From assembly GCF_000142905.1 (NCBI RefSeq), contig NW_013657671.1:186001-250000 (forward strand): 64,000 nucleotides of DNA, read 5' to 3'. The first letter of the stretch is position 1. The number at the start of each line of letters is the position of its first letter. This DNA is from Thecamonas trahens ATCC 50062. Its lineage: Eukaryota; Protista; Apusomonadida. A model generated the notes under the pieces. That model ran no database searches, had not been told where the DNA came from, and saw only the letters and a list, made by a program, of their open reading frames with translations. Of the stretch, positions 1 through 11,105 are shown in pieces. Both the position numbers and the translations under genes were made by a program.

Positions 1-2
1 TT

Positions 3-1600
3 GTCCGCGAGCAGTCGCGGACAAAGCTCTCGTGGACTTATCGAGTCAAGATGCTCAAGGCTCTGTTTGCTCTCCCGGCCGATGGCTCGGTCGCACACGC
101 CCCGTCACTCCTCCGGCACATCATGCTCACGCTTGTCGCTGATCTCAGCGAGGGTGCCAAGCTTGTCCGCTCGGCCGGCGCCGAGTCGATCGGAAGCGCC
201 AGCGGTAGCGGTAGCTCGGCCCAGGACGACGCGCTCGGGGGCTTTGGCGCGCCGCTCAACCCGGTTGCTGCAGCCCGCTTCCTTGCTCGGCTGCCCTCGG
301 TCTGCTCGCGCCTTGTCCCGCTCCTTGCCGCTCAGTTTGACGCTGTCAAGGTGCTGTACGCGGTCGAGATCGACGCTGCGCTTGCCGCCGCACCGCCGCC
401 GCAGGTCGGTGACAACTACGGCGACGCCACGCCTCTGCTCACACTTTGCCTCTCGGCACTGCACGAGGCGCTGGCAGTGGTGGCGCCGCACCCGGCTCGC
501 TTTGCCAAAGTCCTCTCGTCGCTGGTAAGCGGCTCTGCCGATGCGCCGCTGCGCGATGCCATGGGCGTCCTCAAGTCGTGGGCGAGCGCGCTCCTTGATG
601 CCGCCTGGTTTGAGCCGCTCTCGTCGGTCCTCGACACGCTAGTCCACCTTCTCGACAACCACACCCCTGTTGCCGACTACGTGCAGCACGAGGCGTGGGC
701 CCGCAGCTTCATCGAGCGCAAGGCCATTCTGGACGAGGGTGTGGCGCGCAAGCTCCTGCACTTTTTCATCACTGTCTCGGTGGCCGACGTCGAGGACTCC
801 CAGCTCAAGCTTGCTGCCGATGTCAACAGGCTGTTTGGTGGCCTCGATATGTCGACCTACGACGGCGAGGTCGAGTGCGAGATTGTTTGCGATGCCAACG
901 GGACCGTGGTAGTCAAGCAGGTGCTCGCCGGTGTCGAGGTTGCGCTCGGCCACGTCGAGTGGCTCCTCTCACTCCTCGACTCGCTCCCTCCCTCCGACCG
1001 CGGATCCGAGATGTACAAGGAGCTCTTTGATGCGCTCTGTGTCCGACTCCTCGACGAGACCGCCGTCCTCCGCGCGCTCTCATCGTCGTCGATGCGCAAC
1101 GGCCAAGCCTCGGACGTCCTGCTTAAGTCGCTCATCCACTTTTACCGCACCTCGCTCCTGGTCATCAAGCACGTGCTCGCGGTCAAAAAGGCCAAGCCGT
1201 CGTCGCGGCTGCAGAAGCTCGTTGCCAACGCCGCCGAGCTCGCCGGTCTCACCTACAACCTCGTCAACTACCTGCAGTCGTACGTAATCAATGCCTCGAC
1301 GGCCCGTATCGCCCGCGAGCAAAAGCTCATCCCAGGCCTCATCTTTGCCATCGAGCAGTACGAAGTCAACGTGCTCTCGCTAGCCCAGTCATCGGGAACA
1401 TCGCTCGTCCGCAACTTTAAGCGCTCCGTCGCCCGCGACTTTAAGATCAAAACGATCTGCTCAATGTCGCCCTCCAGCGCCAGGACGAGATCGACGGCAA
1501 GTCCAAGAAGCGTGCCCGCTACGGCTCGGACGACGATCCGCCAGGCTCGCCGGGCTCGTCGCAGGTCGACGACGACAGCGGACGGCCACACAAACGGTGA
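3..1600 (+). CDS. FANCI: Fanconi anemia group I protein, C-terminal part (5' truncated by window; 1-base frame break at 1449-1452)
   Basis: LIPGLIFAIEQYE...NFKRSVARDFKI matches the FANCI C-terminal signature (IPNLIFAIEQYE...STSRDFKI). Adding one A at AAAA 1449-1452 continues KNDLLNVALQRQDE..KSKKRAR.. to TGA 1598-1600. Confidence 0.85.
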
Positions 1601-1621
1601 CAATGTCGCATCGTAAATGTC

Positions 1622-2761
1622 TCACTTGCTCGCCTCGCAGGGCAAGATCAGTGCCGCAGGGATGAGGTCGGTCATGCCAAAGATGTCGGTGAGCGCGCTG
1701 ACGACGAAACTAGCCTTGTCGTCACCATCTCCGGCCTCGCGGACTACGGTCTCGACGTCGTGGGCACGACCAGGGCTCTTCGAGTTGGCAGTGATCACAA
1801 CAACAGCTTGCCCGTCAGTTGAGACCTTCACTGTGTGCTCGATGCCTGGATCGGTGCTGCGTCGCTGGCGGACAACAAGCATGCGCGAGAAGATGGATTC
1901 GGTCATGAGCCACTGGTTGAGGTCGGCAAACTCGCCCAGCTCGACCGGGATCGGACGGAAGACGTACCCCGGCACCAGAGAGGGATCGTCACTCGAAGCA
2001 TCATCGGCGACGACAAGAAGTGCCATACCGACTGCATCCGAAGCGTCATCAGCATCAGCGGACCCGACGCCGGCGTACGCGCCGATGGCCACCGCGTAGG
2101 TGGCTGCATCGCCGGCTGTGAGCGGGCCGAGCGCCGAGCCGTTGTCGAGCCCAGCCAATGCACTCCCGGGTGATGCATACGCCGAGGCTGGGCGGACTGC
2201 AGCGCGGACAGGCTCGACTTGGCCCAGGGCATCGTCCCAGTCCGTGCCGCCGGCCTCGAGGTGGCCGACCACGAGGCGACCGAGCAAGGATCCGAGCGCG
2301 ACTGGGGCAGTAATAACCGTTCCAAATCCCGCATCGAGAAGCCACACCCCGTGCTCGGGCCCGGCATCGACAATCAGGGCAACGTGCGAGTCACGGTCGC
2401 CCCAGACGAGCTCAGATCCGGGCAACGGCTTGTGATGGCGAACGTTGACGCGGGCGCGGACCATCCAGCACTGCACGCCGATGGTGACGAGGACCCGATG
2501 CATCAGCGAGTTCTGCTCGAGGCACCAGCCATCGCGCCGCAGCCGGACAAGCTTGTCAAAGATAACATCGTGCGAGATGGTCGGCTCCTCACCGGCGATC
2601 CAGTTCGAGAGGTCGCCCCAGGCAAAGGCATCGGTATGTGCGGTGACGAGTGCCTGCAGCGAGGCCGGGGATGGTGGCAGGCCGATCGATGCAATATCCA
2701 AACCAGTCACAGCCTCGTAAGCGGCCACTTGGTCGGGTGTAAGGCATGGTGGTGCAGACAT
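1622..2761 (-). CDS. Arylamine N-acetyltransferase family protein
   Basis: IFDKLVRLRRDGWCLEQN (Cys), DSHVALIV (His) and WLLDAGFG (Asp) form the NAT catalytic triad; likely ATG at 2761. Confidence 0.85.
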   Translation of the reverse strand: MSAPPCLTPDQVAAYEAVTGLDIASIGLPPSPASLQALVTAHTDAFAWGDLSNWIAGEEPTISHDVIFDKLVRLRRDGWCLEQNSLMHRVLVTIGVQCWMVRARVNVRHHKPLPGSELVWGDRDSHVALIVDAGPEHGVWLLDAGFGTVITAPVALGSLLGRLVVGHLEAGGTDWDDALGQVEPVRAAVRPASAYASPGSALAGLDNGSALGPLTAGDAATYAVAIGAYAGVGSADADDASDAVGMALLVVADDASSDDPSLVPGYVFRPIPVELGEFADLNQWLMTESIFSRMLVVRQRRSTDPGIEHTVKVSTDGQAVVVITANSKSPGRAHDVETVVREAGDGDDKASFVVSALTDIFGMTDLIPAALILPCEASK

Positions 2762-3025
2762 TGTCGTGGGGTGGAGGGTGCGGGAAGTGAGTGTGGTGGC
2801 TTGAGGTGACACACCAGCGAGTGCCCTCGACACACGTGGCAGCTTTGTTTTTCTGCTCTGCCGATGTACTAATGGCGTCACGGGCATGTCGCGTTGGGCG
2901 AGCGGTGGCGGGCCAAGGGCGTTGGCAGCTGGGAGCGTTCATTCTACGAATCACACGAGAGGAACGACAATGTGCCGACGCGTGACGGGTCACAAGGCGT
3001 ATGGAGCAGTCAAGGGGAGGGATGA

Positions 3026-4411
3026 TCAGGCCTGCGGCTCCTGAAGGAGGGAGGCGCCGTGCTCGGCCTGGCCGGACGACGGCTGGGTAATGTTCTGCAG
3101 GAGGAGGGCCCACCAACGCTTGGTGGAGGGCTCCTGGATGTAGTCGTTGAAGGTAGTGTCGCGGAGGGCATCCGGGAGGCAGGCGCGGAGGGCCTCGCGG
3201 GCGCGGAAGTTGTCTGTGAGGCGCAGGTAGCAGCGGATGACATGCTTGAGGATGCGGACAGAGGGCGCCTCGACGAGGGCGTTGATCATGTTGCCGAGGA
3301 CTGTAGAGACGGCAAAGAAGCGGTCGTAGGTGGCACAGATGTAGTTGAGGCCCATCTCATCGAGTAGGATCTTCTGCACCACAAAGGTGGCAACGATTTT
3401 GGAGAGCTCCGAGCCAGTCTCCATGATGCGGAGGCAGAGCGGAATGATCTCGGTGGAGAGGAGAAAGTTAATGACATCGGTGTCGTCGACCTTGACTAGA
3501 GCGCCAATGACGCCGAGCGAGGTGAGCCGCAGGTACTCAAACGGCCGCGTCTTGGAGACTGTGTTGAGGAACGGGTAGAGGAAGAGCGGGATGTGGGCGG
3601 TTAGGAAGAGCGAGCGCGTCTCCGGGTGCGAGGCCACACACTGCATGAGGGCGAGCGCGTTGCAGACACGGTTCGAGGCGAGCGCGGTAAGCGATTGCGG
3701 AGCCAGCTGTGGGTAGATGGCAACAACCTCTTGGAGCAGGACCGCCATGGTCCCGACCGAGTGCCACAGGATGGGCCCAAGCTCGGGAATGACCTCACGC
3801 TTCTTGCACAGCTCCATCAGCGCGCGCTCGCGGAGCTCGGGCGAGAGCAAGTTGAGCGTCTGGGTGTATACCATGTTCATCAGCTCTGAGCCGCCGGCCG
3901 AGCCGCCGGCTGGTGCGCTCCCCGACTGGGCTGCCGTCTCAAAGCCAGGCGGCAGCTCCGAGCCGCCGCCGGCGCTCAGGCCGGGCCCGCCCGGCCCGCC
4001 CTGCGGCTGAGCCGCAGAGCCTGCGGCAGTAGCACCCCAACCCGGCGGCGCGCCTGAACTCGAGCCTGTTGCACCCCAGCCTGTCGGCACGCCTGTTGGC
4101 CCCACGCCAGCCTTGCCGCCTTGGCGGTAGTAGCCGCCGTGAGCTGAGCCGTCGCCGAGTCCGCCGAGTCCGCCCTGGTAGCCAACCTGGGCCTGGGCCG
4201 CTGCCTGGGCCTGGGCCGCTGCCTGAGCCTGGGCCGCCGCCTGAGCCTGTGCTGCAGCCTGTGCCTGTGCCACTGCAGCGGCATGGGCCTTGTTGTTGCT
4301 GTTGCTGTTGCTCACGTTGCCTCCGCCCGACGTGTTCTTGCCGCTCTTCTTCCCGCCGCGGTGGTAGTGCTTGGAGCCGCCCTTGCGGCCCTTGCGTTTG
4401 TTGTCGCTCAT
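3026..4411 (-). CDS. CNOT9: CCR4-NOT subunit 9 / Rcd1 / Caf40 with Gly/Ala/Gln-rich N-terminal extension
   Basis: [62 protein letters not shown]; ATG at 4411 (MSDNKRK). Confidence 0.95.
   Translation of the reverse strand: MSDNKRKGRKGGSKHYHRGGKKSGKNTSGGGNVSNSNSNNKAHAAAVAQAQAAAQAQAAAQAQAAAQAQAAAQAQVGYQGGLGGLGDGSAHGGYYRQGGKAGVGPTGVPTGWGATGSSSGAPPGWGATAAGSAAQPQGGPGGPGLSAGGGSELPPGFETAAQSGSAPAGGSAGGSELMNMVYTQTLNLLSPELRERALMELCKKREVIPELGPILWHSVGTMAVLLQEVVAIYPQLAPQSLTALASNRVCNALALMQCVASHPETRSLFLTAHIPLFLYPFLNTVSKTRPFEYLRLTSLGVIGALVKVDDTDVINFLLSTEIIPLCLRIMETGSELSKIVATFVVQKILLDEMGLNYICATYDRFFAVSTVLGNMINALVEAPSVRILKHVIRCYLRLTDNFRAREALRACLPDALRDTTFNDYIQEPSTKRWWALLLQNITQPSSGQAEHGASLLQEPQA
4187..4270 (-). 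repeat. Coding 18-bp tandem repeat (AQAQAA)n in CNOT9 N-terminus
   Basis: Repeated gcctgggccgctgcctgg-like units. Confidence 0.8.
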
Positions 4412-4899
4412 TGCAGGTGTTGGTGGGGGGGGGGGGGGGGGGAGGGGAAGGGAGGAGTAGGTGGGTGAGAGGTGAAGGGGGTGGGAGAGAGGTGTGGGGC
4501 AGGTGCAGGGGGGGGTAGAGGCTGGAGGTGGTGGAGGAGGGGGGGGAGGGGGTGGCCGTCGCTCGGTGGCTGACTTTGGCGGGTCACTCGGCGGCAACAC
4601 AGGCGGCCAACGACAGAAATGACAGACACAGAAATAAAGGCAGGCAGACAGAAGGGGGGTGAGGGGGGGGGGGGGGATTGACCGACAGCGATCAGGACAA
4701 CTAGCACTGCACACTGTTGTGATCTGATGATGATGCTTGACAAGGTCGGTGCCAAGGCGCTCGAGGGTGATGGTGGCCATGATCGCAGTTTACTTGCCTG
4801 TGAGGGAGGTGAACTCGACAAACTGGGCTGGGCGCACCTCCCAAGAGGGCAAAGGCAGAGCGGAGAGACACTGGTCTCTCTTCCCCCGAGGGTGGAGAG

Positions 4900-6225
4900 A
4901 TGTCGAGCGAGCAGCAAGCGAGTGCAAGCAGTGTGGAGAGCGAGAGTGGAGGGAGCATGTGCGGATACAAACGTGAGTATTCCATCGAAGTTCCTGCGTC
5001 ATCGTCATCGTCATCGTCGTCCCGGGTCAAGGTGGCTGTTTACGGAGGTTCGTTTGACCCCATCACTGATGCCCATCTCAAGGTCATGGCAGAATGCATC
5101 CACTCGGGCAAGGCAGATGAGGTATGGGTTGTTCCCTGTGCAAACCGCCGCGACAAGCCCCTTGTTGCTTCTGCTCTCGACAGGTACGTCATTCCCACCC
5201 CTACCCTACCCCCCCCCCTACCCCCCCACCCTTGCCCACGCCGCCTTCCTCTGCTCAAATGCCCCCGCCACCCACCCCAGCCTTGCCTTCCTTTCTATCT
5301 ACCGTTTATGTCGCATGTATCGATATCTCCCGTGCGGCACACACGAGTGAAGGGCGTGTTGACCTCTAGGGGTTGTAGGTATGGCCTACATACGCTCGCT
5401 GCTCTTCCCCCCCCTCCCCCCCCCTCCCCCCTTGAGTCTGTCCTTCCTCTCCACTCGGCAGGCGATGGCAAAGCTGGCCCTGTCGACGATTCTGCCATCC
5501 GATCCCGTACATCACACACTCACGCGGCACGGATGGCTGATCTCGATGTCGGACACACGCACATTCACTGTCTTCCTCTCTTGCGCTTGGCTCATACTGA
5601 CACTGATACTGATACTGACACCGCTACTGACGCCTGCAGGCTCATCATGGCGCACCAGGCGGTCAATACCACGTTTGGATCGCGTTTCCCTGTCTACGTC
5701 AAGGACATGGATGTGTTCAACGAGACCGCAACGCCGACGTACTATCTCATGAAACAGCTGACAAAGGAGGTGCCCGGCAATGACTTTTACTTTGTCCTCG
5801 GCTCGGACCTGCTTCCTGGCCTCCGCAAGTGGGACATGGGCGAGGAGCTGGCCAGCGAGTTCAACTTTCTCATCATGGAGCGCCCGGGCTATCCCATCTG
5901 CAAAGAAAACATGCCGGCCCACTACGAGCTGCTTTCCCGGCCCGAGTTCACCATGACCATCACCAAGCTCTCGTCCTCTGAAGTCCGCAAGCGCATCCGC
6001 AAGAATGTCTCGCTTGTCGACGGCCTCATCCCGTCGTCCGTCCTTGCCCATATCATCCGCAACCATCTGTACAAGTGCAGCCTGCCGCAGCAGTCGAATC
6101 GCCTGCCGCTCTCAGTCACCACTCCGATCTCGGTTCACCCCGTCCCGGACCTCCCCGATGACGACTCGTCGCAAAGCACCGCGGCGTGCACTCCCGAGTC
6201 CTCGCCCCGCCCTGCCGACGCCTAA
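4900..6225 (+). CDS. Nicotinate/nicotinamide mononucleotide adenylyltransferase (NadD-like); exons 4900-5183 and 5640-6225
   Basis: YGGSFDPITDAHL, FYFVLGSDLL..L.KW, ERPGY, SSSEVR. Intron GTACGT(5184)...CTGAC..TGCAG(5639) joins ALDR-LIMA in frame. Confidence 0.88.
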   Translation: MSSEQQASASSVESESGGSMCGYKREYSIEVPASSSSSSSSRVKVAVYGGSFDPITDAHLKVMAECIHSGKADEVWVVPCANRRDKPLVASALDRYVIPTPTLPPPLPPHPCPRRLPLLKCPRHPPQPCLPFYLPFMSHVSISPVRHTRVKGVLTSRGCRYGLHTLAALPPPPPPSPLESVLPLHSAGDGKAGPVDDSAIRSRTSHTHAARMADLDVGHTHIHCLPLLRLAHTDTDTDTDTATDACRLIMAHQAVNTTFGSRFPVYVKDMDVFNETATPTYYLMKQLTKEVPGNDFYFVLGSDLLPGLRKWDMGEELASEFNFLIMERPGYPICKENMPAHYELLSRPEFTMTITKLSSSEVRKRIRKNVSLVDGLIPSSVLAHIIRNHLYKCSLPQQSNRLPLSVTTPISVHPVPDLPDDDSSQSTAACTPESSPRPADA

Positions 6226-6851
6226 ATTACCTCCTCAAGCACGAGCCCGCAGCTGGTCGCCAGCTCGGCCACTGTCAGTCCGTCTGAGTTGCGAACCTCG
6301 GCGATAAAGACCCTCGCACCCTCCTCGCCTTCCTGCTCCACTAGCGCCGCCATCAGCATCCGCACCATCGCCTCCTTCCCGCTCCGCACAGCCACATGCA
6401 TCGCCGTCGTTTTCCGGTGCATTGCCCGCTTCTCCCACCGCCTTCCGCTGCTGTCCATCTCCCACACCACATCGTTCATCATCACTACCTCGCCGACCCG
6501 CGCACCGCTTCCGATCAGCACCTCGCCTGCGCCAACCGCCCCTCCAGCCGCCGCTGCCACCAGTAGACTCAGCCCGCCGCCGCCAGCCCGGGTCGCCCCG
6601 TCGACCACGGCATCCGCTGCCAGCCCGCCAGCCACAGCCTGAGCCACGGCCTCGGCCTCATCGCGCCAGCACATACCAGCCACCACGTCCGCCATCAGTT
6701 GCCACCTTCTGCCAAGAAGAACCAACTCGGACAGGTGTGCCCATACCTGTGCCCGTGTCGCCCACCACAAGCTCTTGTCGGTCCCGATGCCACACCACCG
6801 CACATCATCCTTCCAGGATCTCGAGCCGGTCATCACCAGCCCCGTCTTCAA
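6222..6851 (-). pseudogene. Ankyrin-repeat-like fragment (possibly degenerate or last exon)
   Basis: TTAMHVAVRSGKEAMVRML...RNSDGLTVAELA is ankyrin-like; there is no convincing start and it abuts a microsatellite. Confidence 0.4.
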
Positions 6852-6854
6852 ACG

Positions 6855-7122
6855 TCACACATCACATCACATCGCACATCACAGACCGGACATCGTCATC
6901 GCACCGCATTCGTCCACGCCATAACTCACCATCATCATCCCATCCCATCACATCCCATTCCATCACATCACATCACATCACATCACACATCACAGCATCG
7001 CATCACACATCACAGCATCGCATCGCAACACACCATATCACACCTCGCATCGCAGCACAAACAGCTACCACATTGCACACCACATTGCACCGCCGCACAC
7101 ACACACACACACACATACACAC
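6855..7122. repeat. Imperfect (CATCA)n followed by (CA)n microsatellite
   Basis: Direct reading: cacatcacatcacatc... then acacacacac. Confidence 0.9.
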
Positions 7123-7247
7123 AAACGTGCTCTCTTTCTCCGCCACCACTGAGGTCACGAATCGGCTGCACTCGAGCACCACCGCACCTGCCGCACATCA
7201 AGGCGACGCCGCTGCGGCCCACTACTCGCCACTTGCGCAAGGGAGCG

Positions 7248-8107
7248 ATGGAGATTTCGGTCGATGCAGAGGCCATTCCGTCAGTGGAGGCTACGGGCGG
7301 AGCGGTGGCGGTGGCGGTGGTCGGCTGGACAGCAGGCCTCCTGGTGGTGCGACGGGCGGTGGCGGCGGGGCGCCTGGGCGGGGCGGGACTGGCGGGGAAG
7401 CGGGCGTGGGATCTGGCCTTTGATCACCTCAACCACATCCATGCTTGTCTCACCACAGGCCTGGCGGTGGCCATCATGGCCATCGATGCGCGCATCCTCG
7501 CCATGGCGCCCATCGTCGACACATGGAGCCGTCCGCTCCACTGGACCACCTGCGGCACCGTCGGCTACCTCGTTGTCGACGTCATCATGCAGCCGCTCAT
7601 CATGCGTGCAGAGACCGCCAACTGGGACTACTTTGCCTTTCACGCCTCCATTCTCGTCGGTTTTGCTTCGTGTCTCGCTACTCATCGCGGTGGTGTCGTC
7701 GTCGCGTGGGGCCTCTTTTCCGAGATCGACTCGGTTGTCAAGGGCTGGCAGCTCCAGCTCCACCATCACTTGCGAACAAGCCGACCTGAGCAGCGCATCC
7801 GCTGGGCGCCCTGGCACAAACGCCTTGCCCTCTTTCAAGTCATTCTCTTCTTCTTCTCGCGCGTCTTGTTTTCGTCAACCTCACATCCGCGCTCTGGAGC
7901 CAAAGCAGTTTCACGCTGCTCTCCTCCGATCCGCTGCTCGCTCTCCAGGCTCTGTTGGTTGTCTCGGGCCTCGTCACAAACAGCACCTGGTTCTGGAGCG
8001 ACGTCGACGAGCTGCACCGCGTCCACCACATCTCGACCACCAAAATCTGGGCTATCATCGCCGCTGCCGGCATCCCGCTCGCGGTGGTAGTTCACTTGCT
8101 CAGGTAG
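7248..8107 (+). CDS. TLC (TRAM/LAG1/CLN8)-like multi-pass membrane protein (frame break at TTTT 7869-7872)
   Basis: HLNHIHACL, TVGYLVVD, YFAFH, LFSEI, FFFSRV motifs. Adding one T gives FFVNLTSALW...NSTWFW...VVHLLR* ending at TAG 8105-8107. Confidence 0.65.
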
Positions 8108-8109
8108 CG

Positions 8110-10886
8110 CTATTGATGCGGCAACGGCTCGCCGTCCAGCTCATCATCAAGGCCAGCGTCAGCGAGGCGGGCCCGGAGCTTGGCCACCTGGTCGGCGTAC
8201 GCCATGAGCACCTTCTTGGTCTTGAGCGCGATGTGCTGCAGCTGCGACTCGGCATCGTCACGCTGTTGAGTCACCTTGGCCAACTGCGCCTCGGCCGCGT
8301 TACGCGCTTCGGTTGTCACCCTGAGCTTGGCTCGGAATGAGCTGCGCGTAGACTTGAGGCGCGCCATGAGCGCATGTGCGTCAGGCGCCGACGAGCTTGT
8401 CGACGACAGCGACAGGCTGTCGTCGAGGCCACTGCTTTCGGCGGCGGCGGCCTCAGCCCGCGCCCGCGCCTCGTCGGCCTCGGCAACACGCCGCCGCAAC
8501 AGCGCCACCTCGGTCTCCAGCGCCTTGGTCTCTTTCGACGTGAGGCCAGCCACCCGCCGCTGCAGCCGCTCCTTGGCCTTGCTCTCCGATGCAACCGACT
8601 GAAGCGCGTGGACCTTGGCTTGTAGGCTCTTGATCTGGCTCTTGGCCTTGGCTGCCGCGGCCTCGGCTGTACTCGCCCGCTCATCGGCCTTGGCCGCCGC
8701 TGCCCGCGCCTTGCGGCGCGCGCTCTGCGCGCTCGCAACCTGCGACTTGAGCGTGGCCTCGGCCGCCGACGACGCCGCTGCCGCCTTCTCCTTGGACGCC
8801 AGCGCAAGCTCCAACGCCTGAATCCGCGCCCCACGTGCACCGAGCTGATCTTTCAGCATCGTCACCTGGTCTCTAAGCGGCTTGGTTGCCGAGTTTGCCG
8901 CCCGTGCCACGTCTTCCTTGCACTTGGCCTCGAGCGCCTTGATCTCGGCCGCGTGGCTCTCCTCGGTTGTCGCTACTAGCGCCCGCAACCGCTCGGCGTC
9001 GGCCTCCATCTCTGCCGCCCGAGCCGACAATGCCGCGTTCTCGGTCCGCATGCTCGCCACGTCGCGCATCAATGCGCTCTTCATGCCCTCGGCAGACTTG
9101 AGTGATGCCTCGAGCTGGGCGTGCACCCGCTGTGCGGCACTGAGCTCGGCCTCAGCCTCAGCTGCGCGCTCGTCAGCTGCCATGGCGTCGGCTTTGCGAT
9201 TCTGCAGCAAGGTGTTGACCGTCTGCAAAGCTCGCTGGTACTTGGCCTTTTCCAGCCGCGCCTTGATGGTAAACTCACGCAGTGACGCCGACTCGTTTGC
9301 ACAAGCCTCTTCCCCGACGTTGACAGTATCGGGGAGGACTCTGGGAGCCGACTCGGACGCCTGCGCTTGCTCCAGCGCAAACTTAGTCTGCATCTGCGAC
9401 TTGAGGGCCATCAGCTTGTCCTTGGTCAGGGCCTTGAGCTTGGCCACTCGCAGTTTGCTCATCTTCTTGTGCTTGGCCAGCAACAGCCGCGCCCGCTTCC
9501 GCACCTTGACCACCTGTTGTTCGGCCGCAGCCTTTTGCTCGCGCGTCGCCTTGAGCTCGGCGGTAAGCGCCACCAAACGCGCTTCGCTGCCGCCACCGCC
9601 ACTGTCTGCAACGCTCTCGGCATTGCTCTTAGCACCCGCTTCTAGCTTGCGGTACTTTTTGACGGCAGCCTTGGCCATCCGCTCCACCTTGGCCAGCCGT
9701 GCCTTGGTCCGCTTGTGGTCCGCCAGGAGGCCAGCAGCCTCGGCCGCGACAACCTCGATGAGCGTCGGCAATGACGGGTCGTCGGGAGCCGGCACACTTT
9801 GCGACGGATCGTCGCGCCCACATGACAGCTCGTCGTAGAGTGTGCTGAGTGCCGTCTTCATCGCAGCCAGCTGTGACACAGCCATCTCAATTCCAGGCTC
9901 GAGGCCGGCCGCCCGCATCGACTCGACCGCAAGCGACTCGCCCGCTGGCGAGCCAGGCGCAGCCACTGCGCCCTGCGATGCCAGTGACTCTTTGATCTGA
10001 AAGTGATGGATCTCCGACCGCTGCTGATCGATGGTCTCGTTGAGCTCGGCAATGACCGACTCGAGATGGGCAACCTGGTCGCGGGCCTCGCGTGTCTCGT
10101 CGTGCGCTGCAGACAGCGATGCGTTCGTGGCATCGAGCGAGAGTTTGACCCGCGCCGCAGCGGCTAGCTCGCGCTCATGACGGGCAGTCTTGCTCTCGGC
10201 CACGTCCAGCTTGGTCCGGAGCTCGGATGCCTCGTTCTGCAGCTCAACTAGCGCCGACTGCGCCGAGCTCGTCGCCACCTTGGCCTTTCGCGCCGCCTCT
10301 TCAGCAGCATCGCGAGCCACGCCCGCTTCCTTCACCTGAGTCAGCAGCTCGGCTTCGCGCTTGCGCACAAGCTTGAGCTGCTCTGTGGTGATGCGGGCCT
10401 CAGCAGCGGCAGCGGTCGCCACCTGGAGCTGGGCCTGAAGCCCGGCTAGCTCGGCTGCATGCGCCTCTTCCAACTCGGCCACGTGGCCGACCGCCCTCTC
10501 GCGATCAGCCTCTGCACTCTCCAGCCGTGAGCGGAGCAGCTGCAGCTCGGAGCCCGATCGCTCTGCGGCTGCCGTATCCGCCGCCGCCGCCGCCGCTCTG
10601 TTGATCGACGCAGCGCGAGCGACAAGACCGTCGAGGGCGCGCCACCAACGGACCTCGTCCTCGACCATGGCCAGCGGAATCCGCTGCGAGTCTGCGTGAC
10701 GGCGCAACGCCAACGGCACGGCATCGGCAAGATCCAGAACAAGCGGCAGTGCGTCAAAGCCTTGGCTAGGACCAGTGAGAGCGAGGAGAGGCTCACCTGG
10801 CCGTCGGTCGCGTATTGGCCAAACAGCTCGGCCACCAGCTCGCGGTCGGCCTCGCCCAGTGCCGGCAGGCCGGGCCCGGTGCTCAT
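8110..10886 (-). CDS. Long coiled-coil protein with possible EF-hand-like N-terminus (frame break ~10756-10761)
   Basis: ~900 aa Ala/Glu/Lys heptad-rich ORF. The N-terminal MSTGPG..ELFGQYATDGQVSLSSL lies in the adjacent frame and joins with one added base. Confidence 0.7.
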
Positions 10887-11105
10887 CCCGCCGAGTGAGG
10901 TGTATGTGTGAGGGGGAAGGGTGAGGTGTAAGGCTGGGGGACGAAAGGGGTGTTGTGGGAAGGGAGGGGGGTGCGGAGGGGAAGGTGCGGGACGGTTGGT
11001 GGCTTTGGCGCGCGATCGCAACCGCGATCATGATCAGGTTCTCTCTCGCTCTCCTTGAGTTGAAAAGGGGCATCGGAGCACAACACGCTCATTCGCCCTC
11101 GGAGC

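Noticed and set aside
5455-5515. RQAMAKLALSTILPSDPV inside the NMNAT intron resembling exon 2 (RLIMAHQAVNTTFGSRFPV), suggesting mutually exclusive exons
   Set aside because: The available AG (5460-5461) gives the wrong phase with exon 1; the similarity is probably coincidental.
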